Positions 46,140-60,388 of a stretch of 64,000 nt of DNA are shown in pieces. The position numbers and the translations under genes were made by a program. The notes under the pieces are model-generated. The model saw only the letters and a program-made list of their open reading frames with translations. It had not been told where the DNA came from and ran no database searches. Each line of letters starts with the position of its first letter. Position 1 is the stretch's first letter. This DNA comes from Actinomycetales bacterium (lineage in GTDB: Bacteria; Actinomycetota; Actinomycetes; Actinomycetales; Angustibacteraceae). The stretch spans positions 3,559 through 67,558 of the forward strand of contig JBBQGB010000008.1 in the NCBI GenBank assembly GCA_038322575.1. The letters run 5' to 3'.

Positions 46140-46146
46140 GGCCAGC

Positions 46147-46701
46147 ATGGGAATCGAAGAGAAGCTGCCCGCGGGCTTCATGCTCACCAGCGTCGAGAAG
46201 CTCGCCGGCTACATGCGCAAGAGCTCGGTGTGGCCGGCCACGTTCGGCCTGGCCTGCTGCGCGATCGAGATGATGGCCGTCGGCACGCCGGACTACGACA
46301 TCGCCCGCTTCGGCATGGAGCGCTTCAGCGCCACCCCGCGCCAGGCCGACCTGATGATCGTCGCCGGTCGGGTCAGCCAGAAGATGGCGCCCGTCGTCCG
46401 CCAGGTGTACGACCAGATGCCCGAGCCCAAGTGGGTCATCTCGATGGGCGTGTGCGCGAGCAGCGGCGGGATGTTCAACAACTACGCGATCGTGCAAGGG
46501 GTCGACCACATCATCCCGGTCGACGTCTACCTGCCCGGCTGCCCGCCGCGACCGCAGATGCTGCTGAACGCGATCATCACCCTGCACGAGCAGATCCAGA
46601 ACGCACCGCTCGGCGTCAACCGCGAGAAGGCCGCCCGCGCGGCCGAGGCGGCCGCCCTGGAGGCCACCCCCACCTCGCAGCTGAAGGGTCTGCTGGCGTG
46701 A
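46147..46701 (+). CDS. nuoB: NADH-quinone oxidoreductase subunit B
   Basis: N2 cluster ligand motifs [18 protein letters not shown] and LPGCPPRP. Confidence 0.95.
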   Translation: MGIEEKLPAGFMLTSVEKLAGYMRKSSVWPATFGLACCAIEMMAVGTPDYDIARFGMERFSATPRQADLMIVAGRVSQKMAPVVRQVYDQMPEPKWVISMGVCASSGGMFNNYAIVQGVDHIIPVDVYLPGCPPRPQMLLNAIITLHEQIQNAPLGVNREKAARAAEAAALEATPTSQLKGLLA

Positions 46702-47491
46702 GCGACCCCACCCCGCAGGCCGGGCCGGTCCCGCAGACCAAGCCCGACTCGGTCGTGGCCCAGGAGTCCGCGCCGCAGACCGCCGAGGTGCACGCCGCGT
46801 CCACCGAGGTCGCCACCACCGACGCCCTGCCCGAGGTCGTCGACGTCCGTCGCGGCATGTTCGGCGCGCACGACGCGGGCGACACCAGCGGGTACGGCGG
46901 ACTGGTGCGCACGGTGGCGATGCCCGCGCCCGTCCAGCGCCCGCTGGACGGCTGGTGGGACCTGGTGCCCGAGGTGCTCACCCGCACCCTGCCCGACTCC
47001 GGCGCCACCTACGACGCGGCGGTCGAGAAGGTCGTCGCCGACCGCGGCGAGGTCACGTTCTTCGTGCGCCGCGAGCACCTCGTGGCGGTCGCCCGCGCCC
47101 TGCGCGACGAGCCCGAGCTGCGCTTCGAGATCTGCACCGGGGTCAGCGGCGTCCACTACCCGCACGAGACCGGTCGCGAGCTGCACGCCGTCTACCACCT
47201 GCTCTCGATCACCCACGGCGGGCGGCGGGTGCGCCTGGAGGTCGTCTGCCCGGACGCCGACCCGCACGTGCCGTCGGTGGTCAGCGTCTACCCCGGCAAC
47301 GACTGGCACGAGCGCGAGACGTGGGACATGTTCGGCTTGGTCTTCGACGGCCACCCGGCGCTGACCCGCATCCTGATGCCGGACGACTGGCCCGGCCACC
47401 CCCAGCGCAAGGACTACCCCCTCGGCGGCATCCCCGTCGAGTACAAGGGCGCGCAGATCCCGCCGCCCGACGAGCGGAGGTCGTACAGCTG

Positions 47492-47492
<1 letters not shown>
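46698..47492 (+). CDS. nuoC: NADH-quinone oxidoreductase subunit C (with ~45-aa low-complexity N-terminal extension)
   Basis: Has [21 protein letters not shown] and [16 protein letters not shown]. The GTG overlaps the nuoB stop. Confidence 0.9.
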
Positions 47493-48837
<1,345 letters not shown>

Positions 48838-48838
<1 letters not shown>

Positions 48839-49761
48839 TGAGCGCTGACGAGGCGATCGGGCTCACGCCCGGCTCCACCCGCGCGGGCGGTTACCCGGAC
48901 GACGTCCGGCTGCGGCTGACGGCCGACTCGGCCGCGATCGTGGCGCGCTACCCGGTGGCCCGCTCGGCCCTGCTGCCGATGCTGCACCTGGTGCAGAGCG
49001 AGGAGGGGTACGTCAGCCAGCTCGGCATCGAGTTCTGCGCCGACTTCCTGGGCCTGTCGACGGCCGAGGTCGCGGGTGTCGCGACGTTCTACACGCAGTA
49101 CAAGCGCCACCCCAACGGCACCTACACCGTCGGTGTCTGCACCAACACGCTCTGCGCCGTCATGGGCGGCGACGCCATCTGGGACGCGGTCAGCGAGCAC
49201 CTCGACGTCGAGCACGACGAGACGACGGACGACGGGGCGATCACCCTCGAGCGGATCGAGTGCAACGCGGCGTGCGACTACGCGCCCGTCGTGATGGTCA
49301 ACTGGGAGTTCTTCGACAACCAGACGCCGGCCACCACCCGGGCGCTCGTCGACGACCTGCGCGCCGGGGTCGACGTCCGCCCCTCGCGCGGCGCCGACCG
49401 CGTGTGCACCTTCAAGCAGGTCTCGCGCACCCTCGCCGGTTTCGCCGACGGCCTGGCCGACCAGGGCGTGGGCGCCGGTGCACCCACCACGGTCGGCCTG
49501 CGGCTGGCCCGCGAGCGCGACTGGCAGGCCCCGACACCGTCGAGGTCCGACGCCGTGGCCGACGCCCCGGTCGAGCAGATCGCCGCCGACCACGTCGCCT
49601 CGCCGGGAGCCCCCAGCGCCAACGACGCCGCCGTCGCGCCCGGCGTCGACGGCGCAGCACCCACCGCCCGAGCCGGCGAGACCACGTCGCCGAACGCGCC
49701 CCGCACCGCCGCCGCCAAGCGCGCCCCCCGCAAGCGAGCCACCCCGACGAAGGAGGCCTGA
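48838..49761 (+). CDS. nuoE: NADH-quinone oxidoreductase subunit E (with ~100-aa Ala/Pro-rich C-terminal tail)
   Basis: 2Fe-2S ligand contexts VCTNTLCAVMGG and IECNAACDYAP. The tail from about 49440 is low complexity. Confidence 0.9.
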
Positions 49762-49765
49762 GCCG

Positions 49766-51102
<1,337 letters not shown>

Positions 51103-51103
<1 letters not shown>

Positions 51104-53625
51104 TGACCATCACCACGCCGCCCCCGGCCACCCCGTCCGCCAACCCGCCCGGCAGCTCCGCCGGGGAGACCGCCGTCCGGGACGACCTGGTGCGCCTGGT
51201 GATCGACGGCACGGACGTCGAGGTGCCCAAGGGCACCCTGGTGATCCGGGCGGCCGAGCAGATCGGCGTCCAGATCCCGAGGTTCTGCGACCATCCGCTG
51301 CTCGCGCCCGTCGGCGCCTGCCGCCAGTGCCTGGTCGAGATCGCGATGCCCGGCCCGGACGGGTCGCTGCGACCGATGCCCAAGCCGCAGGCCTCGTGCA
51401 CCATCACCGTCACGGCGGGCATGGAGGTCAAGACCCAGCGAACGTCACCGGCCGCCGACAAGGCCCAGCACGGGGTGATGGAGCTGCTGCTGATCAACCA
51501 CCCGCTGGACTGCCCGGTGTGCGACAAGGGCGGCGAGTGCCCGCTGCAGAACCAGGCGCTGTCCAACGGCCGCAGCCAGTCGCGCTTCGAGGACGTCAAG
51601 CGCACCTACGAGAAGCCGATCAACATCTCGAGCCAGGTGCTGCTCGACCGCGAGCGCTGCGTGCTGTGCGCCCGGTGCACGCGGTTCAGCACCCAGATCG
51701 CCGGTGACCCGTTCATCGAGATGCTCGACCGCGGTGCGCTGCAGCAGGTCGGCATCTACAGCAAGCAGCCGTTCGAGAGCTACTTCAGCGGCAACACGGT
51801 GCAGATCTGCCCCGTCGGGGCGCTCACCGGTGCGGCCTACCGGTTCCGCTCGCGGCCCTTCGACCTGCGCTCGACCCCCGGCGTCTGCGAGCACTGCGCG
51901 TCCGGCTGTGCGATCCGGGTCGACTCCCGGCGCGGCACCGTCCTGCGCCGCCCGGCCGGCAACGACCCCGCGGTCAACGAGGAGTGGAGCTGCGACAAGG
52001 GTCGCTGGGCCTTCACCTACGCCACCACCGACCGGCTGACGCACCCGCTGGTGCGCAACGGCGAGACCGGCGAGCTCGAGGTCGCGTCCTGGCCCGAGGC
52101 GCTCGAGATCGCCGCCCGCGGCCTGGCCGCGGCCCGCGACGCGCACGGCGTCGGCGTCCTCACCGGGGGACGCCTCACCCACGAGGACGCCTTCGCCTAC
52201 GCCAAGTTCGCCCGCGTCGCGTTGCACACCAACGACATCGACTTCCGCGCCCGGCCGCACTCGGCCGAGGAGGCCGAGTTCCTCGCCCACGCCGTCGCGG
52301 GTGCGTGGGTCGGTGCCGGCGGCGTGAGCTACGACGAGCTCGAGGCCGCGGCGACGGTCCTGCTCGTCGGGTTCGAGCCGGAGGACGAGTCGCCGATCGT
52401 CTTCCTGCGGCTGCGCAAGGCCGTGCGCGCCCACCACCAGAGGGTCGTGTCCGTCGCGAGCTGGGCGTCGCGGGGGCTGGAGAAGCTGGACGGCGTCCTC
52501 GTCCAGGCCGCTCCGGGCACCGAGGCCGAGGTGCTGCTGGCCCTGGCCGCCGACCCCGGCCCCGGCACGGGCCCGGTGGCCGACACCGCCGGGCTGCTGC
52601 GCTCGCCCGGTGCCGTCGTCCTGGTCGGTGAGCGTCTGGCGACCGTCCCCGGTGGCCTGACGGCGGCCCTTCGCCTCGCCGAGGCGACGGGGGCGCGCCT
52701 GGCGTGGGTGCCCCGGCGCGCGGGCGAGCGCGGCGCGGTCGAGGCCGGCGCCCTGCCGAACCTGCTGCCCGGCGGCCGTCCCGTGAGCGACGCCGCCGCC
52801 CGCGTCGACGTCGCCGCCACCTGGGGCGTCGACTCGCTGCCGGGCGGCCCCGGCCGCGACACCGCCGGGATCCTGGCTGCCGCCCGCACCGGCGCCCTGT
52901 CCGGCCTGCTGGTCGCCGGGGTCGACCCGGGTGACCTGCCCGACCCCCGCGCCGCCCTCGAGGCCCTGGACGCCGCCTCGTTCGTGGTCTCGCTCGAGCT
53001 GTCGCCCAGCGAGGTCACCCGCCGCGCCGACGTCGTCCTGCCGGTCGCCGCCGTGGGCGAGAAGTCCGGGACGTTCTGGAACTGGGAGGGCCGCGAGCGG
53101 CCGTTCCCGACGGTGCTCGAGACCTCGGCCATGAGCGACCACCGAGTCCTCGACCTGATCGCCGGCGAGCTCGACCTGCACCTGGGGCTGCGCGACGTCG
53201 ACGCGGTCCGCCGCCAGGCGGCCGAGCTGGCCGGCTGGGAGGGCGCCGGCACCCCCGCGCCCGTCGTCGCTCCGGCGCCCGCGCCCCAGGTGGCTGCGGG
53301 CGAGGCGGTCCTCGCGACCTGGGCCCAGCTGCTGGACGCCGGCCGTCTGCAGGCCGGTGAGCCCTGGCTGGCCGGCACCGCCCGACGTCCCGTGGCCCGG
53401 GTCAGCGCGGCCACCGCGGCCGCCGCGGGGCTGCCCGACGGCGAGCTCGTGTCGCTCGCGACCGCGGCGGGGTCGATCACCCTGCCGCTCGTGGTGACCG
53501 AGATGACCGACGGCGTCGTGTGGGCGCCCACCAACAGCACCGGTCACCCGGTGCGATCCGCGCTGCGGGCCGACTCCGGCGCCGTCGTCACGCTGACCCG
53601 ACCCACCCCTGGACGTGTCTCATGA
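51103..53625 (+). CDS. nuoG: NADH-quinone oxidoreductase subunit G
   Basis: N-terminal Fe-S motifs [32 protein letters not shown] and [10 protein letters not shown], followed by a molybdopterin-oxidoreductase-like domain. 840 aa. Confidence 0.95.
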
Positions 53626-54965
53626 GCAGCTCCCAGACCCTCGCGAGCCTGACCGCGGCAGGGCCCGGCGCCGCCGACTTCAGCCAGGAGACCTGGTGGC
53701 TGGTGATCGCCAAGGCGCTGGCCGTGTTCGTGTTCCTGGTGGTGACCACGCTGCTCGTCATCTGGTTCGAGCGCCGCGTGATCGGCCGCATGCAGCAGCG
53801 CCCGGGCCCCAACCGCACCGGCCCGTTCGGGCTGCTGCAGACCCTCGCCGACGGCGTGAAGCTGGCGCTGAAGGAGGACATCATCCCCAAGGCGGCCGAC
53901 AAGGTCGTCTACATCATCGCGCCGGGCATCGCGGCCGCCATGTGCTTCGTGGCCTTCTCGATCATCCCGTTCGGCCCGGCCGTCAGCGTCTTCGGGCACC
54001 TGACCCCGCTGCAGCTCACCGACATCCCGGTCGCGGTGCTCTTCGTGCTGTCGGTCGCCAGCGTCGGCGTCTACGGCATCCTGCTGGCCGGCTGGTCGTC
54101 CGGCTCGACCTACCCGCTGCTCGGCGCCCTGCGCTCCTCGGCCCAGGTCATCAGCTACGAGATCGCGATGGGCCTCTCGCTGGTCGCCGTGTTCCTGTAC
54201 GCCGGCTCGATGTCGACGTCCGAGATCGTGTACGCCCAGCGCGGGCTGTGGTTCATCATCCCGGCCTTCTTCTCGTTCGTGGTCTACGTGATCACGATGC
54301 TGGGCGAGACCAACCGGCTGCCGTTCGACCTCGCCGAGGGTGAGGGCGAGCTCACCGGTGGGTTCCACACCGAGTACTCGTCGCTGAAGTTCGCCCTGTT
54401 CTTCCTGGCCGAGTACGTCAACATGGTGACCGTCTCGGCGCTGGCCACCACGCTGTTCCTCGGTGGGTGGCGGGCGCCGTGGCCGCTGTCGCTGGTCGGC
54501 GACGGGGTGCTCAACACCGGCTGGTGGCCGCTGCTGTGGTTCGTCGCCAAGCTGTGGGGCTTCCTGTTCTTCTTCGTCTGGGTGCGCGGCTCGCTGCCGC
54601 GGGTGCGCTACGACCAGTTCATGCGGTTCGGCTGGAAGTTCCTCATCCCGGCCAGCCTGGTCTGGATCGTCGCGGTGGCGCTGATCCAGGGCAGCCGCAC
54701 CTTCGGGGGCATCGGCCGCACCCCGACGTTCGTCGTGATCGGCGTGGTCGCGGTCATCGCCCTGGCCCTGGGCTGGGTGTGGGACTCGCGCGCCGCGGCC
54801 AGCGAGAAGCAGACCGGCGGCTGGGACCTCGGCGAGGTCGACCCGTTCGCCGGCGGACACCCCGTCCCGCCGCTGCCCGGCCAGAGCGTCGCCGTCACCC
54901 GCGGCCCCGGCGAGCGCGCGCTCGCCGGTGCCTCACCCGCGTCCCAGGAGGACCTTCGTGGCTGA
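53622..54965 (+). CDS. nuoH: NADH-quinone oxidoreductase subunit H (with ~100-aa C-terminal extension)
   Basis: Has [28 protein letters not shown], and ETNR.PFDL.EGE.EL..GFHTEYS. ATGA overlap with nuoG. Confidence 0.93.
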   Translation: MSSSQTLASLTAAGPGAADFSQETWWLVIAKALAVFVFLVVTTLLVIWFERRVIGRMQQRPGPNRTGPFGLLQTLADGVKLALKEDIIPKAADKVVYIIAPGIAAAMCFVAFSIIPFGPAVSVFGHLTPLQLTDIPVAVLFVLSVASVGVYGILLAGWSSGSTYPLLGALRSSAQVISYEIAMGLSLVAVFLYAGSMSTSEIVYAQRGLWFIIPAFFSFVVYVITMLGETNRLPFDLAEGEGELTGGFHTEYSSLKFALFFLAEYVNMVTVSALATTLFLGGWRAPWPLSLVGDGVLNTGWWPLLWFVAKLWGFLFFFVWVRGSLPRVRYDQFMRFGWKFLIPASLVWIVAVALIQGSRTFGGIGRTPTFVVIGVVAVIALALGWVWDSRAAASEKQTGGWDLGEVDPFAGGHPVPPLPGQSVAVTRGPGERALAGASPASQEDLRG

Positions 54966-55656
54966 CCAGCCCTCCGGCAGCACCGACCGCGGTCGGGCCC
55001 CCGAGACCAACCCCGACAAGGGCCGCACCGACGGACCGATCGCGAAGGCGCTCGCGCCGGTCGCCGGCTTCGGGGTGAGCTTCGCGACGATGTTCCGCAA
55101 GGTCTACACCGAGGAGTACCCCGAGAAGCCGCGGCCCACCGAGCCGCGGTTCCATGGCCGACACCAGCTCAACCGGCACCCGGACGGGCTGGAGAAGTGC
55201 ATCGGCTGCGAGCTGTGCGCCTGGGCCTGCCCCGCGGACGCGATCTACGTCGAGGGCGCCGAGAACGACCCCGACGAGCGCTACTCGCCCGGGGAGCGCT
55301 ACGGCCGCGTCTACCAGATCAACTACCTGCGGTGCATCTTCTGCGGGCTGTGCATCGAGGCCTGCCCCACCCGCGCGCTGACGATGACCAACGAGTACGA
55401 GATCGCCGACGACCGGCGGGGCAAGCTGATCTTCGACAAGGAGCAGCTGCTCGCGCCCCTGCAGCAGGGCATGCTGCGCGCCCCGCACCCGATGGTTCCC
55501 GGCGCCGACGACCAGACGTACTACCGCGGTGAGGTCACCAAGGCCGTCCCCGAGCAGCAGGCGTGGGTCGACGCGCACCCCGACGTCGTCCCCGAGAGCG
55601 TCGAGGTCACCGGACCCAAGTCCGCCGGCGAGCGCGTGGCCAAGGCCACCCGGTGA
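54958..55656 (+). CDS. nuoI: NADH-quinone oxidoreductase subunit I (N- and C-terminal extensions)
   Basis: Two 4Fe-4S motifs, [12 protein letters not shown] and [12 protein letters not shown]. The GTG lies after AGGAGG. Confidence 0.93.
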   Translation: MADQPSGSTDRGRAPETNPDKGRTDGPIAKALAPVAGFGVSFATMFRKVYTEEYPEKPRPTEPRFHGRHQLNRHPDGLEKCIGCELCAWACPADAIYVEGAENDPDERYSPGERYGRVYQINYLRCIFCGLCIEACPTRALTMTNEYEIADDRRGKLIFDKEQLLAPLQQGMLRAPHPMVPGADDQTYYRGEVTKAVPEQQAWVDAHPDVVPESVEVTGPKSAGERVAKATR

Positions 55657-56471
55657 ACGCGACCGTGACGGCCGCCCTGTCCGCCGCGGCGACGGGCAGC
55701 TCGAACCCCGGCGGCGGCGAGGCCGTCCTGTTCTGGGTGCTGGCGCCCACGATGGTGCTCTCGGCGCTCGGGCTGCTGTTCGCGAAGAAGGCCGTCCACG
55801 CGGCCCTCGCCACGGCCGTCGTGATGGTCTCGCTCGGCATCATCTACGTCGCTCAGCACGCGGACTTCCTGGGCGTGATCCAGGTGTTCGTCTACACCGG
55901 CGCGGTGATGATGCTGTTCCTGTTCGTGCTGATGCTCGTCGGCGTCGACTCGGCCGACTCGCTCGTCGAGACCATCCGCGGCCAGCGCTGGGTCGGCCTG
56001 CTGCTCGCCGTCGGGCTCGGCGTCCTGCTGGTCACCGCGGTGGGCTCGGTCACCTTCGCCAGCCCGGTGGGGCTGACCGAGGCCAACGCGCAGGGCAACG
56101 TGCTCGGCATCGCGAACAAGATCTTCGGCCAGTACGTCTGGGCGTTCGAGGTCACCAGCGCGCTGCTGATCACCGCCGCGATGGGGGCCATGGTGCTCGC
56201 GCACCGCGAGCGACTCGGCGTCCGCTCGTCCCAGCGCGTGCAGTCCGAGCGACGCTTCCTCAGCGGTCGTCTCGCGGCCGGGCTGCCCGCACCCGGGGTC
56301 TTCGCCCGGCACAACGCGGTCGACACGCCGGCCCTGCTCCCGGACGGTCGGCCGAGCGAGCTGTCCGTCTCGCGGGTGCTGCGCGCCCGCGAGCAGGTGC
56401 GGGGCACCGACGACTTCGACACGGCCGTCGGCCGGATCGAGACCGACGTCGAGCAGGGGGGCCGGCGATGA
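55653..56471 (+). CDS. nuoJ: NADH-quinone oxidoreductase subunit J (long C-terminal tail)
   Basis: Has [24 protein letters not shown] and five TM segments. GTGA overlap with nuoI. Confidence 0.9.
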   Translation: MNATVTAALSAAATGSSNPGGGEAVLFWVLAPTMVLSALGLLFAKKAVHAALATAVVMVSLGIIYVAQHADFLGVIQVFVYTGAVMMLFLFVLMLVGVDSADSLVETIRGQRWVGLLLAVGLGVLLVTAVGSVTFASPVGLTEANAQGNVLGIANKIFGQYVWAFEVTSALLITAAMGAMVLAHRERLGVRSSQRVQSERRFLSGRLAAGLPAPGVFARHNAVDTPALLPDGRPSELSVSRVLRAREQVRGTDDFDTAVGRIETDVEQGGRR

Positions 56472-56767
56472 GCCTGACCAACTACGTCTACCTGTCCTGC
56501 ATCCTGTTCTCGATCGGCTCGGCGACGGTCCTGCTGCGCCGCAACGCGATCGTCGTGTTCATGGGCGTCGAGCTGATGCTGAACGCCACGAACCTCGCGT
56601 TCGTCACGTTCGCCCGCATGCAGGGCACGCTCGACGGCCAGGTCGTGGCGCTGTTCGTCATGCTCGTCGCCGCGGCCGAGGTCGTCGTCGGTCTGGCCAT
56701 CATCATGAGCATCTTCCGCGCCCGCCGATCGGCGTCGGTGGACGACGCCAACCTGCTCAGGCTCTAG
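56468..56767 (+). CDS. nuoK: NADH-quinone oxidoreductase subunit K
   Basis: 99 aa with three TM segments and [11 protein letters not shown]...[15 protein letters not shown] overlap with nuoJ. Confidence 0.95.
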   Translation: MSLTNYVYLSCILFSIGSATVLLRRNAIVVFMGVELMLNATNLAFVTFARMQGTLDGQVVALFVMLVAAAEVVVGLAIIMSIFRARRSASVDDANLLRL

Positions 56768-56774
56768 CCTCTGA

Positions 56775-56801
56775 CGTGCCGTGCCCGCGTGGCACGGCAC
56801 G
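56775..56801 (+). promoter_or_regulatory. perfect 11-bp stem / 5-nt loop hairpin inside the nuoK-nuoL spacer
   Basis: The structure is CGTGCCGTGCC-cgcgt-GGCACGGCACG. I verified that the arms are exact reverse complements. Confidence 0.6.
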
Positions 56802-56835
56802 CCGCGCACCGAGATCGAACGGAACCGATACCCAG

Positions 56836-58773
56836 ATGACCAGCACATGGGCACTCGCCGCACCTGGCGCGATGGCCACCCAGGCGTCGTCGGGGGTGTT
56901 CTCCCTGACCTGGCTGCTCATCGGTCTGCCCCTGCTCGGCGCCGCCGTCCTGCTGCTCGGTGGCCGGCGCACCAACCGGTTCGGTCACCTGGTCGGGGCG
57001 GGGTTGTCGTGGGCCTCGTTCGTCGTCGCCGCGATCCTGTTCCTCGCCCTGCTCGCCAAGCCGGGCGAGGAGCGCGCGATCTCGCAGCACCTGTTCTCGT
57101 GGATCGCCGCGGGGTCGTTCAGGGTCGACGCCGGTCTGCTGCTCGACCCGCTGTCGCTGGCGTTCGTGCTGCTCGTGACGTTCGTCGGGTCGCTGATCCA
57201 CGTCTACTCGATCGCGTACATGGAGCACGACCCCGACCGGCGTCGCTTCTTCGCCTACCTCAACCTGTTCGTCGCGGCGATGCTGCTGCTGGTGCTGGCC
57301 GACAGCTTCCTGCTGCTGTACGTCGGCTGGGAGGGGGTGGGCCTCGCGTCCTACCTGCTGATCGGGTTCTGGAACCACAACTCCGCCTACGCCGCCGCGT
57401 CGAAGAAGGCGTTCGTCGCCAACCGGGTCGGCGACTTCGGGCTGTCGGTCGCGATCATGATCATGTTCGTCCAGTTCGGTGCCGTCGACTTCACGACCGT
57501 CTTCGCCGGTGCCTCGGGCGCCTCGACCGCGGCCCTCACCGCGATGGGCCTGATGCTGCTGCTGGGCGCCTGCGGCAAGTCGGCCCAGTTCCCGCTGCAG
57601 TCCTGGCTCGGTGACGCGATGGCCGGCCCGACGCCGGTCTCGGCGCTGATCCACGCGGCGACGATGGTCACCGCCGGCGTCTACCTCGTCGTCCGCTCGC
57701 ACCCGATCTTCGACCTCGCCCCGGACGCGCGACTGGTCGTGGTCATCGTGGGCGCGGTCACCCTGGTGTACGGCGCGGTCGTCGGCTGCGCCAAGGACGA
57801 CATCAAGAAGGCGCTGGCCGCCTCGACGATGAGCCAGATCGGCTACATGATGCTCGCCGCCGGCCTCGGCCCCGTCGGGTACGTCTTCGCGATCTTCCAC
57901 CTGCTGACCCACGGCTTCTTCAAGGCCGGGATGTTCCTCGGCGCCGGCTCGGTGATGCACGGCATGGGCGACCAGGTGAACATGCGTCGCTTCGGGGGCC
58001 TCGGCGCCGTCATGAAGGTCACCTGGGTGACGTTCGGCCTGGGCTGGCTGGCCATCATCGGCTTCCCCCTGCTGTCGGGGTTCTGGAGCAAGGACAAGAT
58101 CATCGAGGCCGCGTTCGTCGGCGACGGCTGGCGGCCCTGGGTGTTCGGGCTCACCGCGATGCTGGCCGCCGGGCTGACCGCGTTCTACATGTCCCGGCTG
58201 TTCCTGCTCACGTTCCACGGCAAGCGGCGCTGGACCGACGACGTCCACCCGCACGAGTCGCCGCTGCTGATGACGGTGCCGATGATGGTGCTGTCGATCG
58301 GCTCGGCGTTCCTCGGGCTGCTGCTCGGCCCGACCGGCGCCATCGAGTCGTGGCTGTCGCCCGTGGTGGGCGAGCACCCCGAGGAGAGCCCGGTCCTGCC
58401 CGCGGTCGCGATCACGGTGCTGACGCTCGTCCTCGTGGCCGCCGGCGTCGGGCTGGCCTACGTCCGCTACGTGCGCGAGCAGGTGCCCGAGCTGGCGCCG
58501 GTGGGCTCGCTCGCGACCCGGGCGGCCCGGCGCGACCTGTTCCAGGACGACGTCAACGAGGCCATCCTGATGCGTCCGGGCCAGCACCTGACCCGCTCGC
58601 TGGTCTACGTCGACAACGAGGGCGTGGACGGCGGGGTGCGCGGCCTGGCCGCGCTGATCGGCGGGACGTCGGGCCGGGTGCGCCGGCTGCAGACCGGCTT
58701 CGTGCGGTCGTACGCCCTCACCATGCTCGGCGGGGTCGTCGTGGTCGCCGCAGCCCTGGCGGTGGCCCGGTGA
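56836..58773 (+). CDS. nuoL: NADH-quinone oxidoreductase subunit L
   Basis: Antiporter-like subunit with [39 protein letters not shown] and [31 protein letters not shown]. The start is ATG 56836; an alternative is at 56872. Confidence 0.92.
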   Translation: MTSTWALAAPGAMATQASSGVFSLTWLLIGLPLLGAAVLLLGGRRTNRFGHLVGAGLSWASFVVAAILFLALLAKPGEERAISQHLFSWIAAGSFRVDAGLLLDPLSLAFVLLVTFVGSLIHVYSIAYMEHDPDRRRFFAYLNLFVAAMLLLVLADSFLLLYVGWEGVGLASYLLIGFWNHNSAYAAASKKAFVANRVGDFGLSVAIMIMFVQFGAVDFTTVFAGASGASTAALTAMGLMLLLGACGKSAQFPLQSWLGDAMAGPTPVSALIHAATMVTAGVYLVVRSHPIFDLAPDARLVVVIVGAVTLVYGAVVGCAKDDIKKALAASTMSQIGYMMLAAGLGPVGYVFAIFHLLTHGFFKAGMFLGAGSVMHGMGDQVNMRRFGGLGAVMKVTWVTFGLGWLAIIGFPLLSGFWSKDKIIEAAFVGDGWRPWVFGLTAMLAAGLTAFYMSRLFLLTFHGKRRWTDDVHPHESPLLMTVPMMVLSIGSAFLGLLLGPTGAIESWLSPVVGEHPEESPVLPAVAITVLTLVLVAAGVGLAYVRYVREQVPELAPVGSLATRAARRDLFQDDVNEAILMRPGQHLTRSLVYVDNEGVDGGVRGLAALIGGTSGRVRRLQTGFVRSYALTMLGGVVVVAAALAVAR

Positions 58774-58849
58774 ACGGCGACGGCTCGACCACCGGCGACG
58801 GCCCGTCGAACGGCCCCCATCTCGCCCGCCCCACCCGATCGGACATCTG

Positions 58850-60388
58850 ATGCAGAGCTTCCCCTGGCTGACCGTGACGGGCGTCGTCCCGCTCGTGGGC
58901 GCCGTGGTCGTAGCGCTGCTGCCCCGCGCCCTCGCACCGCGCGCCAAGGTCGTCGCGCTCGCCGCGTCCCTCGTGACGCTCGCCCTGACCATCGCGCTGG
59001 CGCTGCGGTTCGACACCGGTGCCACCGAGCAGTTCCAGCTCGCCGAGCAGCACCAGTGGATTCCGCAGTTCGGGGTCAGCTACGCCGTCGGGGTCGACGG
59101 GATCGCGCTCGTGCTCGTCGCGCTGGCCGCGGTGCTGACGCCGATCTGCCTGCTCGCCGCGTGGCACGACGTCCCCGAGGTCGGCCGCCGCGAGCGGAAC
59201 TACATGGCGCTGATCCTGGTGCTCGAGACGATGATGATCGGCGTCTTCTCGGCCACCGACGTCTTCTTGTTCTACGTCTTCTTCGAGGCCATGCTCATCC
59301 CGGTCTACTTCCTGATCGGCTCGTTCGGCGGCCCGCGCCGGCAGTACGCGGCAGTCAAGTTCCTGCTGTACTCGCTGCTCGGCGGGCTGGTCATGCTGGT
59401 CGCCGTCATCGCCCTGTACGTCGCCGGGCCGGGCGGGCCGGACGGGTTCCTGCTGTCCAACCTCACGGGGCTCGACATCGGGGTCGGCGCCGAGCGGCTG
59501 ATGTTCCTCGGCTTCTTCTTCGCCTTCGCCGTCAAGGCACCGATGTTCCCGGTGCACACCTGGCTGCCCGACGCCGCGGCCGAGGCGCCGCCGCCGGTCG
59601 CCGTCCTGCTCGTCGGGGTGCTCGACAAGGTCGGCACGTTCGGCATGATCCGGTTCTGCCTGCCGCTGTTCCCCGGCGCGGCCAAGTGGGCGACGCCGGT
59701 CGTGCTCGTCCTCGCGGTGGTCTCGATCGTGTACGGCGCACTGCTGGCGATCGGGCAGACCGACGTCATGCGGCTGATCGCCTACACTTCGGTGTCGCAC
59801 TTCGGGTTCATCGTGCTCGGTATCTTCGCGATGACCTCGACCGGCCAGAGCGGCTCGATGCTGTACATGGTCAACCACGGCTTCTCGACCGCCGCCCTGT
59901 TCCTCGTGGCCGCGATGCTCGCCGTCCGGCGCGGATCCAGCCGGATCCCGGACTTCGGCGGCTGGCAGCGGGTGACCCCGCTGATCGCGGGGGTGTTCCT
60001 CATCGCGGGCCTGTCGAGCCTCGCCCTGCCGGGGCTGTCGACCTTCGTCAGCGAGTTCCTCGTGCTGGTGGGCACGTTCCAGCGGTATCCCGTCGCCGGC
60101 GTCGTCGCCACCGTGGGCATCATCCTGGCCGCCATCTACATCCTGCTGGCCTACCAGCGGATGATGACCGGCCCGCGCCCCGAGACCGTCGGCGTCACCC
60201 GTGACCTGACCCGCCGTGAGGCGTGGGTGGTGGCGCCCGTGCTCGCCGCGATCATCGGCCTGGGCGTGTACCCGGGGCCGGTCCTCGACATCATCAACCC
60301 CGCCGTCACCCGCACGATGACCTCGATCGGCATGACCGACCCCGCGCCCCGCGCCGGTGTGCCCGCAGCCGAAGGGACGGCCAAGTGA
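58850..60388 (+). CDS. nuoM: NADH-quinone oxidoreductase subunit M
   Basis: Has FLFYVFFEAMLIPVYFLIG.FGG, and KAPMFPVHTWLPDA. 512 aa. Confidence 0.95.
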   Translation: MQSFPWLTVTGVVPLVGAVVVALLPRALAPRAKVVALAASLVTLALTIALALRFDTGATEQFQLAEQHQWIPQFGVSYAVGVDGIALVLVALAAVLTPICLLAAWHDVPEVGRRERNYMALILVLETMMIGVFSATDVFLFYVFFEAMLIPVYFLIGSFGGPRRQYAAVKFLLYSLLGGLVMLVAVIALYVAGPGGPDGFLLSNLTGLDIGVGAERLMFLGFFFAFAVKAPMFPVHTWLPDAAAEAPPPVAVLLVGVLDKVGTFGMIRFCLPLFPGAAKWATPVVLVLAVVSIVYGALLAIGQTDVMRLIAYTSVSHFGFIVLGIFAMTSTGQSGSMLYMVNHGFSTAALFLVAAMLAVRRGSSRIPDFGGWQRVTPLIAGVFLIAGLSSLALPGLSTFVSEFLVLVGTFQRYPVAGVVATVGIILAAIYILLAYQRMMTGPRPETVGVTRDLTRREAWVVAPVLAAIIGLGVYPGPVLDIINPAVTRTMTSIGMTDPAPRAGVPAAEGTAK

